64,000 nucleotides of DNA from Thermodesulfobacteriota bacterium (GTDB lineage: Bacteria; Desulfobacterota; Desulfarculia; JACQYL01): assembly GCA_963675595.2 (NCBI GenBank), contig CAXXLZ010000002.1, positions 256,001-320,000 of the forward strand, in the 5' to 3' direction. A program made the translations under genes and the position numbers. The notes under the pieces are model-generated. The model saw only the letters and a program-made list of their open reading frames with translations. It did no database searches and was not told the DNA's origin. This document shows, piece after piece, positions 31,944 to 42,035 of this stretch. Position 1 is the first letter of the stretch, and each line of letters starts with the position of its first letter.

Positions 31944-32465
31944 ATGTTGGAATCCGTGTCCAAGACGATCCGAGCTTTCATACGCCTGCAGGGAGACGTC
32001 ACTTCCCTGTTGATTCTGCCTCTCCTGGGGGTGGTCATCTATGAAGTCGTCATGCGCTACGTGTTCAACGCTCCAACCATCTGGGCGTTTGAAACCACCA
32101 CTTTTCTCTACGGCATGCACTATATGTTCGGCCTGTCCTACACCGACGTTCAAGACGGACATGTGCGTGTGGACATTTTCTCCGCCAGGCTGCCGGGGAG
32201 AAAACAGGCCGCGCTGAACCTGGTCACGAATCTGATATTTTTCATGCCTGTATTCACCTGCATGACGATTTGGTCGTTTAAATTCGCCTGGGTCTCGGTG
32301 CGGATGAACGAGGTGAACTCCACGAGTTGGGCGCCGCCCGTCTACCCTTTCAAACTCGTTATGGCGTTCTGCTTCCTGTTCCTGCTGCTCCAGGGCATGG
32401 CCAATCTCCTGGACCAGATACGCGTGCTGCTGAACAAGAACGATTCAACAACAGAGGGGAACTGA
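31944..32465 (+). CDS. dctQ: TRAP small permease
   Basis: EVVMRYVFNAPTIWAFE and HVRVDI. Confidence 0.93.
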   Translation: MLESVSKTIRAFIRLQGDVTSLLILPLLGVVIYEVVMRYVFNAPTIWAFETTTFLYGMHYMFGLSYTDVQDGHVRVDIFSARLPGRKQAALNLVTNLIFFMPVFTCMTIWSFKFAWVSVRMNEVNSTSWAPPVYPFKLVMAFCFLFLLLQGMANLLDQIRVLLNKNDSTTEGN

Positions 32466-32466
32466 T

Positions 32467-33810
32467 ATGAGTCCCGAAGTCCTGACTGTGTTCATGTTCG
32501 GCGCCCTGATTCTGGCCATCACTCTGGGACATCCCCTGGCCTACACCCTTGCCGCCATTGCCGCTTTCGCCGGGTTGGTGGACAACGGTTTCAATGTTCC
32601 CGCACTGTTCGAGATGTTCGCCAACAACACCTGGGGCCTGATGGACAACTACATCCTCGTGGCGATTCCTTTGTTCATCATGATGGCCCAGCTCTTGGAC
32701 CGTTCGAAGGTGGCCGATCAGCTCTTCGAAGCCCTGTATGTGGTTCTGGGAAGCATCAAAGGTGGCCTGGGCCTGGCCGTGGTCGTTGTCTGCACCGTGT
32801 TCGCGGCCACCACCGGCATCATCGGCGCTTCCGTCGTGGCCATGGGACTGCTCGCCACGCCCGCCCTTGTTCGCAAGAATTATCAGAAGGAAATGACCAG
32901 CGGCATCATCTGCGCTTCCGGCACCTTGGGCATCCTGATCCCTCCGAGCATCATGCTCGTCATTTACGGAGGCCTGACCGGCCTGAAGGAAACCTCCGTG
33001 GGAGCCCTGTTCGCGGGTGCCATCATCCCCGGCCTAGTGTTGTCGGGCCTTTATTTCGCCTACATCTTCACTCGCTGCACGCTGAATCCCAAACTCGGCC
33101 CACCCATCAGCCGGGAGGAAGCCGGGAAATGGACGGCAAGACGGAAACTGCTCATCACCATGAAGTCCCTGGTTCCTCCCATGGCCTTGATCCTCCTGGT
33201 GATGGGAACGATTCTCGCCGGCATCGCCACTCCCACCGAGGCTGCGGGCTTGGGGGCGCTGGGCGCGCTGATCTTGGCTCTATTCAACCGGAAGCTGAAT
33301 TGGGACGTGCTCAAACAGGCAAGTTTCGCCACACTGAAGACCACTTCCATGGTGATGATGCTTTTCATCGGGGGTAAGTTTTTCAGTACGGTGTTCATGA
33401 GCATGGGCGGTGGAGACGTGGTGGCCGATCTGTTGGTGGGCAGCGGGCTCAATCGGTGGCTGGTGCTCTTCATCATGATGTTCATCGTTTTCCTGATGGG
33501 AATGTTCATCGACTGGGCGGCCATTCTCCTGGTTACGGTGCCCGTGTTCATGCCCATCGCCCAGGAACTCGATTTCAATCCGCTCTGGTTTTCGATTTTG
33601 ATGTGTGTCAACCTCCAGACCTCGTTTCTGACTCCGCCCTTCGGCTACGCCCTGTTCTACTTCAAAGGCGTGGCTCCCGAGGAATTCACCATGATGCACG
33701 TTTATAAGGGCATCATTCCCTTTGTGTTGCTTCAGCTTGCGGGATTGCTGGTTTTGGCGATTTTTCCCGGTGTGGTGACTTTTCTGCCCGATTTCTTTTT
33801 CGGCTCGTGA
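32467..33810 (+). CDS. dctM: TRAP large permease
   Basis: GTLGILIPPSI, TPTEAAG and FLTPPFG. Confidence 0.95.
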   Translation: MSPEVLTVFMFGALILAITLGHPLAYTLAAIAAFAGLVDNGFNVPALFEMFANNTWGLMDNYILVAIPLFIMMAQLLDRSKVADQLFEALYVVLGSIKGGLGLAVVVVCTVFAATTGIIGASVVAMGLLATPALVRKNYQKEMTSGIICASGTLGILIPPSIMLVIYGGLTGLKETSVGALFAGAIIPGLVLSGLYFAYIFTRCTLNPKLGPPISREEAGKWTARRKLLITMKSLVPPMALILLVMGTILAGIATPTEAAGLGALGALILALFNRKLNWDVLKQASFATLKTTSMVMMLFIGGKFFSTVFMSMGGGDVVADLLVGSGLNRWLVLFIMMFIVFLMGMFIDWAAILLVTVPVFMPIAQELDFNPLWFSILMCVNLQTSFLTPPFGYALFYFKGVAPEEFTMMHVYKGIIPFVLLQLAGLLVLAIFPGVVTFLPDFFFGS

Positions 33811-33860
33811 CCTTTCGTGCGTCGGACCGGTCATTTGATTCATGAAGGAGATACGGCGAC

Positions 33861-34490
33861 ATGACAAACCGGAAAGACTTGGAAACAAGGTTCGAAGAGA
33901 AGGCAAGAAACGTGTCCGCTTTTGTCTCCAGAGTCGATACATTGGCTCAGGCACTGGACTATACGGTGGACGTCTGTGTACGCAAGGAAGCCTGCCGTCT
34001 TCTCTTGGCCGGGTGTGAGGAACCCTTGTCCGGAGGTGCGGAAGGCCTTTGCGATGCCGGGCGAGGGAAAACGGTGGCCGCTCCGGGCCTCGGCGCGGAA
34101 GCGACCCGCCTCCTTGGTCGGAGAATTGCCCGGGAGGACGTCGTTCTGGTCGAGGATACCCTGAGAAACCATTTGGCCGGCATTGATGTGGGAATCACCC
34201 TGGTCGATTTCGGCATCGCGGAAACCGGAACCCTGGTCATTGATTCCAGCGATGAGGAGATCAGGCTGGCAAGCATGATCAGTGAAATTCACGTGGCGTT
34301 GTTGCCCGTATCGAAGATCCGGGAAACGGCCTACGACGTTGAGAAGGAACTCGTCCAGGACATGCGCAGGCCGCCGAATTTCACCGCCTTCATCACCGGA
34401 GCCAGCAGAACGGCGGATATCGAACGCGTGCTGGCTCTGGGCGTTCATGGTCCCCTTGAGCTCCACATTTTGCTCATGGAGGAAGACTGA
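33861..34490 (+). CDS. lutC: Lactate utilization LUD protein (LutC/LldG-like)
   Basis: GIAETGT and FITGASRTADIERVLALGVHGP. Confidence 0.9.
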   Translation: MTNRKDLETRFEEKARNVSAFVSRVDTLAQALDYTVDVCVRKEACRLLLAGCEEPLSGGAEGLCDAGRGKTVAAPGLGAEATRLLGRRIAREDVVLVEDTLRNHLAGIDVGITLVDFGIAETGTLVIDSSDEEIRLASMISEIHVALLPVSKIRETAYDVEKELVQDMRRPPNFTAFITGASRTADIERVLALGVHGPLELHILLMEED

Positions 34491-36670
34491 TGCAGGAGGC
34501 ACGGAACCTCAGGGAGTACAAAGACGAGGTGCGTGAGGCCCTGGACAATGAGTTCCAGCGGGAAGCGTTGGACAAATTCGCCCTCGCCTATCCCGTCGGC
34601 AGACAAAACGCCTTCGCCGGACTGGAAATCGACACGCTGGTGGACGAGGTGGCCCGCAGGAAGGACTTCGCCGTCGCCCACATGGAGGAACTCTATCAGG
34701 AGTTCAAAAGCAAAGCCGAAGCAGCGGGCGTTCACGTCCATTTGGCGCGCACCGCCAAGGAAGCCAACGACATCATCGCGGACATCGCCCGAAGCGCGGG
34801 AGCCCGGAACATCATCAAGTCCAAATCCATGACCGCGGAGGAGATTCTCCTCAACCACCACCTCGAAGCCGAGGGGTTCCAGGTCACGGAAACCGACCTG
34901 GGAGAATGGATCATCCAATTGCGTCACGAAGGACCGTCTCACATGGTCATGCCCGCCATCCATCTCTCCAGGTACCAAGTGGCCGACTTGTTCTCGGACG
35001 TCACGGGAAAAACGCAGGATGCCGAAATCGAACGGCTGGTCAAGGTGGCTCGGCGGGAACTCAGGCAGAAGTTCGTGGAGGCGGACTTGGGCGTTTCGGG
35101 CGCCAATTTCGCCGTTGCGGAAACCGGGACCATCGGCATGACCACCAACGAGGGGAACGCCAGGCTGGTGGCCACCCTGCCCAGGACTCACGTGGTCCTG
35201 GCGGGCCTGGAAAAGCTGGTTCCCAAACTCCACGATGCTCTTTCCATCAATCGAGTGCTTCCGAAAAACGCCACGGGGCAGGCCATCACCTCTTACGTCA
35301 CCTGGATCACCGGTCCCGTGGAATGCGGTGCAACCCCGGACCGGAAAAAGGAGTTGCACGTCGTCTTTCTCGACAACGGGCGCAGTCGGCTGGCTCGTGA
35401 TCCCGTTTTTTCCCAGGTGCTTCGCTGCATTCGCTGCGGAGCCTGCGCCAACGTCTGTCCCGTTTACCGAATGGTGGGAGGACACCGGTACGGCCACATC
35501 TACATCGGGGCCATCGGGCTCATTGTGACGTATTTCTTCCACGGCCGGGAAAAGGCCCGGAACCTGGTCATGAACTGCCTCAATTGCGGGGCCTGCAAGG
35601 CCGTGTGCGCCGCCGGGATCGACCTGCCTCGCCTCATCAAGGAAGTCCACACCAGGATTCAGGACGAGGAAGGACATCCGCTGAAAGGAAGGCTCGCAGG
35701 GATCGCCATGAAAAACCGGAAGCTGTTTCATGGGTTGCTGACGTCGCTGCGTCGGGCACAACGGCCCGTGACCGGGGGAACTCAGTTCATGAGACATCTG
35801 CCCATGGTCCTGTTCGGCGCTTACGAATACATGGCGCTTCCCGCCCTGGCCGAGCGTCCCTTTAGGGAGCTCTGGCCGACGATCCACACCCGCGTGGAGC
35901 ATCCCCGTTTCCGCGTGGCTCTCTTCGCCGGATGTCTCGAAGATTTCGTCTATCCCCAACATCTGATTGCGGCGGTTCGTCTGTTTTCACGCCATGGTGT
36001 GGACGTGCACTTTCCCCTCCACCAGACCTGTTGCGGTCTGCCTTTGGACATGATGGGGGAAAAGGAGACGGCCCGAGAGTTGGCGGAGCAGAATTTGGAG
36101 GCCGCGGATCCGGCGAATTACGACTATATTGTGACCCTGTGCGCCTCTTGCGCCTCCCACCTGAAGAACGGAGTTCCTCGGTTGCTTCAAATGGCTGGAA
36201 GTCCCTCCGCCAAAGCTCGAGAGTTCTCCGAGAAGATACTCCCCTTCAGTTCATTCGCCGCCGATGTGTTGAAGCTGGGTCCGGATGACTTCTCGCCTTC
36301 GAATCGCAAGGTCACCTACCACGCCTCCTGTCACCTTTGCCGAGGGCTCGGGGTCCGTAAAGCGCCTCACGAGCTGATCCGGGCCTCGGGATCGGATTTC
36401 GGACAGGCATCGGAAGAAGAAACCTGCTGCGGGTTCGGAGGAACCTACGCGAGCAATTTCCCGCAAATCTCCGAGCGGATATTGAAACGAAAGCTCGCGG
36501 ATTTTCAGCAGACCGGAGCGGACCTGCTCGTCACGGAATGTCCGGGTTGTGTGCTCCATTTGAAAGGGGGGGTTACCCGGCAGGGAATGTCCATGGAAGT
36601 TGAACACTTGGCCGAACACCTGGCCGATCAAATGAAACCCGGCCCCACCCGGGAAAAGGAGTTGCGATGA
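34490..36670 (+). CDS. lutB: L-lactate dehydrogenase Fe-S subunit (LutB fused to LutA-like CCG domains, LldH type)
   Basis: KSKSMTAEEI, ETDLGEWI, PSHMVMPAIH and CIRCGACANVCP; two C-terminal CCG domains. Confidence 0.92.
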   Translation: MQEARNLREYKDEVREALDNEFQREALDKFALAYPVGRQNAFAGLEIDTLVDEVARRKDFAVAHMEELYQEFKSKAEAAGVHVHLARTAKEANDIIADIARSAGARNIIKSKSMTAEEILLNHHLEAEGFQVTETDLGEWIIQLRHEGPSHMVMPAIHLSRYQVADLFSDVTGKTQDAEIERLVKVARRELRQKFVEADLGVSGANFAVAETGTIGMTTNEGNARLVATLPRTHVVLAGLEKLVPKLHDALSINRVLPKNATGQAITSYVTWITGPVECGATPDRKKELHVVFLDNGRSRLARDPVFSQVLRCIRCGACANVCPVYRMVGGHRYGHIYIGAIGLIVTYFFHGREKARNLVMNCLNCGACKAVCAAGIDLPRLIKEVHTRIQDEEGHPLKGRLAGIAMKNRKLFHGLLTSLRRAQRPVTGGTQFMRHLPMVLFGAYEYMALPALAERPFRELWPTIHTRVEHPRFRVALFAGCLEDFVYPQHLIAAVRLFSRHGVDVHFPLHQTCCGLPLDMMGEKETARELAEQNLEAADPANYDYIVTLCASCASHLKNGVPRLLQMAGSPSAKAREFSEKILPFSSFAADVLKLGPDDFSPSNRKVTYHASCHLCRGLGVRKAPHELIRASGSDFGQASEEETCCGFGGTYASNFPQISERILKRKLADFQQTGADLLVTECPGCVLHLKGGVTRQGMSMEVEHLAEHLADQMKPGPTREKELR

Positions 36671-37170
36671 AGCTGCCTGTGTTTCAACGAATTCTCTTCC
36701 CCACCGACATGTCGGAAAGCGCGGGATTCGCTTTTCCCTACGCCGCGGAGCTCGCCCACCGATTGAACGGCCATATTACCATTCTCCATGTGATCGAGAA
36801 TCCGTCTCACGCCATAGAACAGCAGATTCTCTCCTATTTGGGAGAATCGGGCTGGAAAGACCTGCAGAAGCATCGGGAGGATGATTTCGTCGCGGCGGCC
36901 AAGAATCGTCTTTCCGCCTTTTGTCAAGATATGAGCGACCGCTTGGACGACTGCCCCTTTATTGTCGAGGAGATCAAAGTGCTCCACGGCCTGCCTTCCG
37001 AAATCATCCTGCACGAAGCCGAAAAGGGAGGTTTCGACCTGGTGGTCATGGGGACCCACGGCTTCGGCCTGTTGGCCAACGCGCTCATGGGAAGCGTGGC
37101 CACCAGGGTGGTGCGTCATTGCTCCAAACCGGTGCTCACCATTCGATTGCCCAAGGAGAAGCGGGAATAG
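36667..37170 (+). CDS. Universal stress protein
   Basis: ILFPTDMS, DLVVMGTHG, MGSVATRVVR and PVLTI. Confidence 0.93.
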   Translation: MKLPVFQRILFPTDMSESAGFAFPYAAELAHRLNGHITILHVIENPSHAIEQQILSYLGESGWKDLQKHREDDFVAAAKNRLSAFCQDMSDRLDDCPFIVEEIKVLHGLPSEIILHEAEKGGFDLVVMGTHGFGLLANALMGSVATRVVRHCSKPVLTIRLPKEKRE

Positions 37171-37286
37171 AGACGCGGGAACCAATCGGTTATCTTTGTC
37201 CCGGATGCCGATCTCGATCTTCACCGGCCTGAGTTGCAGTCGAGCATACGGAATGGAAACGGCTTTCGCCTTGGAAAGGATGCACA

Positions 37287-39056
37287 TTGAATTCATTGGA
37301 GTCTTCGTTGTTGAAGGAGCGCGGATTGCGATTCAATAAGCTTCACCTTCTGATGGTTTTCTTGTCGGTCGTGACTCTGATGTTTGTCGTCGATGCGGAA
37401 GCAGGCTGGCGACTCGATGGGGGGCGCTTCCAGGCGTCGGTGCACGGTGGAATGGGATGCCTGGATTGCCACGAAAATATCCCGCAACAAACTCCGCACC
37501 CGAACCCTTCCGACGTGAACAAGTCCCTATCCGATTTCTTCGAACCGGAACACTGTCTGACCTGTCACGAAGAAGTACGGGACGAGATCGAAACCGAAGC
37601 CGTTCACGGTGGAGAAGACGTCCATGACACGCAACGCTTCTTTAACTGCGTGGCGTGCCACGATCCACACTACCAGGGAACGACCGAGGATGAGGCGGGC
37701 TCCGAGGCTCCGCAATGGAGCGAAGCGGACCGGCCGTGTATGACCTGCCATGAGCGGGTGCCGAAAGACGATCCGGCTCGACTGACGAAGGACCGCGACT
37801 TCTGCTTCGTCTGTCACGCCGCGAATTCGAGCACGCCCGCTTGGTTGCCGGCCATGGACCCGGCCGAATACACCCAATCCACCCATGCCGCGCAGGATTG
37901 CCTGTCCTGCCACACACGGGCCGACGGGTATGGACATGATCGCCAACCCAAGGTAGATTGCCGCGCCTGCCACCAGCCCCACGCGGAAAAAGTGACGCAC
38001 GACGCCCACTCCCTGGTTTCCTGCGAAGCCTGCCACTTGGGAGACGTGTCGCCCCTGCGCGACCCTCAAACCCATCAAGTGCTCTGGGAACGTACTCGAG
38101 CCGCCGGCGCGCTCTCGACGGTGCACGATTTTTCCGCCTCGGATGAAAGCACATGCCTTCGCTGTCACTTCAAGGGCAACACCGTGGGCACGGTTGCCAT
38201 GGTCCTGCCTCCCAAGAGTGTTTTGTGCATGCCCTGCCACGCGGCCACCCTCAGCATCGGAGATACCGTAACTTGGATCTCGCTGCTCGTGGCTTTTATC
38301 GGTTTCCTGGGGGTCGCGACCCTATGGTTTTCGGGACGGTCGGGCGAAACATCCGACAGAAGCCCCTCCGGCAATCCGACAAGCCACGCTCACAGCGCCG
38401 GTTTCTCTCATAGGCTGCCGGCCGTATTGGAGGCGATATTCTGGGATGTGCTCCTGCAACGACGGCTCTTTCGCAGGTCTCCGAGGCGCTGGGCCGTCCA
38501 TGCCCTGATTTTCTGGCCTTTCGTCATTCGCTTCGTCTGGGGCGTCTTGGCGCTGTTTTCAACGAACTATCTAAAATCATGGCCCTTTTCCTGGATCCTC
38601 GTGAACAAGAATTATCCGCTCACCGCCTTATTGTTCGATCTCACGGGAATCTGCCTGGCAATCGGAATCGTCCTGGCTTTTGTCCGGGGGGCCGCGGCGG
38701 ACCGAACCCGCACGCCCGGCTTGCCGTCCCAGGATCGTTTGGCCCTCGGCCTTCTGGGCGGCATCGTTTTGGTGGGGTTCGTCTTGGAAGGCATGCGTAT
38801 CGCGCTCACGGGCGCGCAGGGCCCCGCGGCCTTTGCGTTTTTAGGATACGGCATCAGCCGTCTGTTCACCGGGATGAACCAACTCAGCGTCGTTTACGGC
38901 TACGTCTGGTACCTGCACGCCGTCCTGACCGGGGCCTTTGTCGCCTACTTGCCCTTCAGCAGGATGATGCACATCATCATGGGACCGGTAATTTTGGCCA
39001 TGAACGCGGGAGCCGATCCACACCACGCCGGGCGACCGACGAAATCGAATCATTAG
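37287..39056 (+). CDS. Decaheme cytochrome c fused to a NarI/HdrE-like membrane cytochrome b
   Basis: Signal peptide and 10 CxxCH motifs, then TM helices with WAVH, GFVLEGMRI, YLH and PFSRMMH. Confidence 0.85.
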   Translation: MNSLESSLLKERGLRFNKLHLLMVFLSVVTLMFVVDAEAGWRLDGGRFQASVHGGMGCLDCHENIPQQTPHPNPSDVNKSLSDFFEPEHCLTCHEEVRDEIETEAVHGGEDVHDTQRFFNCVACHDPHYQGTTEDEAGSEAPQWSEADRPCMTCHERVPKDDPARLTKDRDFCFVCHAANSSTPAWLPAMDPAEYTQSTHAAQDCLSCHTRADGYGHDRQPKVDCRACHQPHAEKVTHDAHSLVSCEACHLGDVSPLRDPQTHQVLWERTRAAGALSTVHDFSASDESTCLRCHFKGNTVGTVAMVLPPKSVLCMPCHAATLSIGDTVTWISLLVAFIGFLGVATLWFSGRSGETSDRSPSGNPTSHAHSAGFSHRLPAVLEAIFWDVLLQRRLFRRSPRRWAVHALIFWPFVIRFVWGVLALFSTNYLKSWPFSWILVNKNYPLTALLFDLTGICLAIGIVLAFVRGAAADRTRTPGLPSQDRLALGLLGGIVLVGFVLEGMRIALTGAQGPAAFAFLGYGISRLFTGMNQLSVVYGYVWYLHAVLTGAFVAYLPFSRMMHIIMGPVILAMNAGADPHHAGRPTKSNH

Positions 39057-39091
39057 AAGGAAACGGCAACGATGGTTATGGAGGAAAGGTG

Positions 39092-40474
39092 ATGAACGAC
39101 GACATCAAGAAAGCCCTGAAAGAGATCGTCGGAGAAGACAATTTCACCGATCGGCTGATCGACATGGTCTCGTATTCCTACGATGCGTCCGAGCACAGCA
39201 GCCGTCCGGATTGCGCCGTGTGGGCGGAAAACGTAGAGCAGGTGTCCGAGATATTGAAAACGGCCGACAAACATCGCATCCCCGTAATTCCCAGGGGCGC
39301 GGGAACCGGCTTGTCCGGAATGGTCGTACCGGTAAAGGGCGGCATCGTTTTGGACTTGAATCGGATGAATCGGATTCTGAAGATCAGCATCGAGGACCGC
39401 CTGGCCGTTGTGCAGCCGGGCGTGGTGTATGCCGACCTGGATCGCGCATTGGCCCCTTACGGCTTCTTCTTCCCCCCGGACCCGGGCAGCGGCAGCGTCT
39501 GTACGTTGGGCGGCAACGTGGCCACCAACGCCGGTGGGGTCAAAGGCGCCAAGTACGGCACCACCCGAGATTATGTCCTGGGCTTGCAGGTGGTTCGCGC
39601 CGACGGCCGCATTATGCGGACGGGCGCGTCGACCATCAAGTGCGTCTCCGGATACGACCTGACCCGCCTGATCGTAGGCTCGGAAGGTACTCTGGGCGTG
39701 GTGACCGAAATCACCTTGAAGATCAATCCCAAGCCGACGGCGGCGAGTACCGCGGTGGCCACTTTCGGGAACCTGGAGGATGCCGGACGGGCGGTCACCC
39801 GAATCATGTCTTCGGGCATCATCCCGGCGGTCATGGAGATCATGGACCTGCCCACCATACAGGCCATCAATCAGAATACCGACCTCGGTCTTCCGGAAGT
39901 GGAAGCCATGTTGTTGGTGGAAACCGACGGGTATACTCAGGTCGAAACCGACTATCAGCTGTCCAAAGTGGTCGAGGTATTCAAAGAAAACCATTCCCTG
40001 GATATCAAACAGGCGGCTTCGAGAGACGAGGCCGCGGTGTTGTGGAAAGCCCGAAAATCAGCCTACGCGGTCCTGGCACGCATTCAGACCCACTTCGTGC
40101 TGGAGGACGTCACCGTGCCCATGGGAAGAATCACCGATCTGCTCCGGGGCATCGGCGATATCTCCAAAAAGTACGACCTCCGCATCGCCACTTTCGGCCA
40201 CGCCGGGGACGGCAACCTGCATCCACAGATTCTTTATGACGGCTACAACCCGGACGAGACGGCCCGGATGAAACAGGCGGTGGCCGATCTCTTTAAACTC
40301 TCGGTGGAACTGAACGGCACCCTCACGGGCGAACACGGTATCGGCATCGCCAAGGCTTCGTTTATGAGCTTGGAGCACGATGACGTGGAGATGGAAACCA
40401 TGCGCGCGGTCAAGCGCGCCTTCGATCCCAATAATATCCTGAACCCCGGAAAAATGGCGTTGGAGGCGAATTGA
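39092..40474 (+). CDS. glcD: FAD-linked 2-hydroxyacid dehydrogenase (GlcD/D-lactate dehydrogenase family)
   Basis: PRGAGTGLSG, PPDPGS, GSEGTLG, GHAGDGNLH, GEHGIG and NPGK. Confidence 0.93.
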   Translation: MNDDIKKALKEIVGEDNFTDRLIDMVSYSYDASEHSSRPDCAVWAENVEQVSEILKTADKHRIPVIPRGAGTGLSGMVVPVKGGIVLDLNRMNRILKISIEDRLAVVQPGVVYADLDRALAPYGFFFPPDPGSGSVCTLGGNVATNAGGVKGAKYGTTRDYVLGLQVVRADGRIMRTGASTIKCVSGYDLTRLIVGSEGTLGVVTEITLKINPKPTAASTAVATFGNLEDAGRAVTRIMSSGIIPAVMEIMDLPTIQAINQNTDLGLPEVEAMLLVETDGYTQVETDYQLSKVVEVFKENHSLDIKQAASRDEAAVLWKARKSAYAVLARIQTHFVLEDVTVPMGRITDLLRGIGDISKKYDLRIATFGHAGDGNLHPQILYDGYNPDETARMKQAVADLFKLSVELNGTLTGEHGIGIAKASFMSLEHDDVEMETMRAVKRAFDPNNILNPGKMALEAN

Positions 40475-41577
40475 TGGAGGCGAAATACGACTTTGAAAGA
40501 AAATACCGCAAGCAGATATTGCAGTGTTCGCGGTGCGGCTACTGCCAGGCGGTCTGTCCGATATTCGGGATTACTCATCGTCCCTCTTTCAATGCCCGGG
40601 GCAAGATGCTGCTCCTTAAGGAGGTCATGGATGGTAAGATCGACCTCAACGAAGAACTGATCGACACCCTCTTTCAGTGCACAACCTGCGCGGCCTGCAA
40701 GGAGAACTGCCCGTCGGGAGTGAATGTCCCCGAGATCATCAAGCAGGCCCGCAAGGACATGGTCAACATCGGGTCCTGCCATCCGGCCTTCACCGGAATG
40801 AACGAAGTCCTGCAGAAGAACACCAATATCTACGCCGAGGACGAACCGGAAGATTTCGGCCGCGAGCGCAACAAAAAGGCCGATTACGTCTATTTCGTCG
40901 GCTGCGTGGGCCTTTACCGTGAAGACGAAGCCACCGAGGCCACCCTGGACCTTCTGGACAGGCTCGACGTCGATTACACGTTGGTTGACGAAGCGTGCTG
41001 CAGCGGCGTGCTGGAAGACGTCGGACATTCCATCAACACCGACCTGGCCGACAAGAACATCGAAACCATTTTGGCCACCGGCGCCCATACGGTAATCACG
41101 GGCTGCCCCTACTGCTACCGGACCTTTAAGAACAAGGACGCCTACGCGCCCCTGAGGGAAAAGGGAATCCAACTGGTGCACATGGCGCAATTCCTGAAAG
41201 ACCTGGACATTTCCGTGACCACGGACTTGAAGGTAACGTACCACGATCCCTGCGACTTGGGCCGGCACTGCGGCATCTATGAGGAGCCCCGCCAAACCAT
41301 CCGGAAGATCGCTCCCAATTTCGTCGAGATGGCCCATCACCACGCCGACTCTCTGTGCTGCGGGTCCGGAGGCGGTGTTCGTGGGGCTTTCCCGAAGAAC
41401 TCGCTGAAAATGGCCAGACACCGGCTGGACGAGGCGTTGGATGTTCAGGCCGACGTGCTGCTCACCGAATGCAACTCCTGCGTCCACAATTTGGCCAACG
41501 CCAAACTGCGCAAGGACAAAATTCGTATCATGAACACCACCCAGTTTATCAACGAACTGATGGAAGAGGCTGAATAA
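40474..41577 (+). CDS. HdrD/GlcF-like Fe-S CCG protein
   Basis: CSRCGYCQAVCP, CTTCAACKENCP, YFVGC/CCS/CPYC and YHDPC/CCG/CNSC. Confidence 0.9.
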   Translation: MEAKYDFERKYRKQILQCSRCGYCQAVCPIFGITHRPSFNARGKMLLLKEVMDGKIDLNEELIDTLFQCTTCAACKENCPSGVNVPEIIKQARKDMVNIGSCHPAFTGMNEVLQKNTNIYAEDEPEDFGRERNKKADYVYFVGCVGLYREDEATEATLDLLDRLDVDYTLVDEACCSGVLEDVGHSINTDLADKNIETILATGAHTVITGCPYCYRTFKNKDAYAPLREKGIQLVHMAQFLKDLDISVTTDLKVTYHDPCDLGRHCGIYEEPRQTIRKIAPNFVEMAHHHADSLCCGSGGGVRGAFPKNSLKMARHRLDEALDVQADVLLTECNSCVHNLANAKLRKDKIRIMNTTQFINELMEEAE

Positions 41578-41609
41578 CGAATCCCTGAAATTCCGAAAGG
41601 AGGCGTCCC

Positions 41610-42035
41610 ATGGATATCGGCGGCTACAACATGCCCGAGGACCTTTATTACGAGCCCAATCATTGGTGGGTCAAACAAGACGGAGACTTGTTGGTCATGG
41701 GAATGGACGACTTCGCTCAGAAACTGGCCGGAGAGATCGTCTATGTGCAATTGCCCGATGACGGAAAGAAGATCACGGCGGGGAAAAAGCTCGCCAAGGT
41801 CGAGTCCGGCAAATGGCTGGGCAAGGTCATCGCTCCGGTCAACGGCGTGATCGACTCGGTCAACGAGGAGCTGGAGGAAAACCCCGGTTTGATCAATGAA
41901 GACTGCTACGGCAAGGGCTGGATGTACAAAATCAAACCCGACGACGCCGGGGACCTGTCCAAACTGATTACCGGCGCGGAAGCCCTAACCAAATGGATCA
42001 ACGAAGAGATCGAAAAGTATGCCGACACGGAGTGA
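41610..42035 (+). CDS. GcvH-like lipoate-binding protein (LbpA-type)
   Basis: VESGKW lipoylation motif (Lys68), APVNG, VNEEL and INEDCYGKGW. Confidence 0.92.
   Translation: MDIGGYNMPEDLYYEPNHWWVKQDGDLLVMGMDDFAQKLAGEIVYVQLPDDGKKITAGKKLAKVESGKWLGKVIAPVNGVIDSVNEELEENPGLINEDCYGKGWMYKIKPDDAGDLSKLITGAEALTKWINEEIEKYADTE

Noticed and set aside
38579-39091. N-terminal extension of GlcD in the ORF track
   Set aside because: Overlaps the cytochrome gene; RBS and homology start at 39092.
41610-42035. Glycine cleavage system
   Set aside because: No gcvP, gcvT or lpdA nearby; ESGKW differs from the usual GcvH ESVKA.
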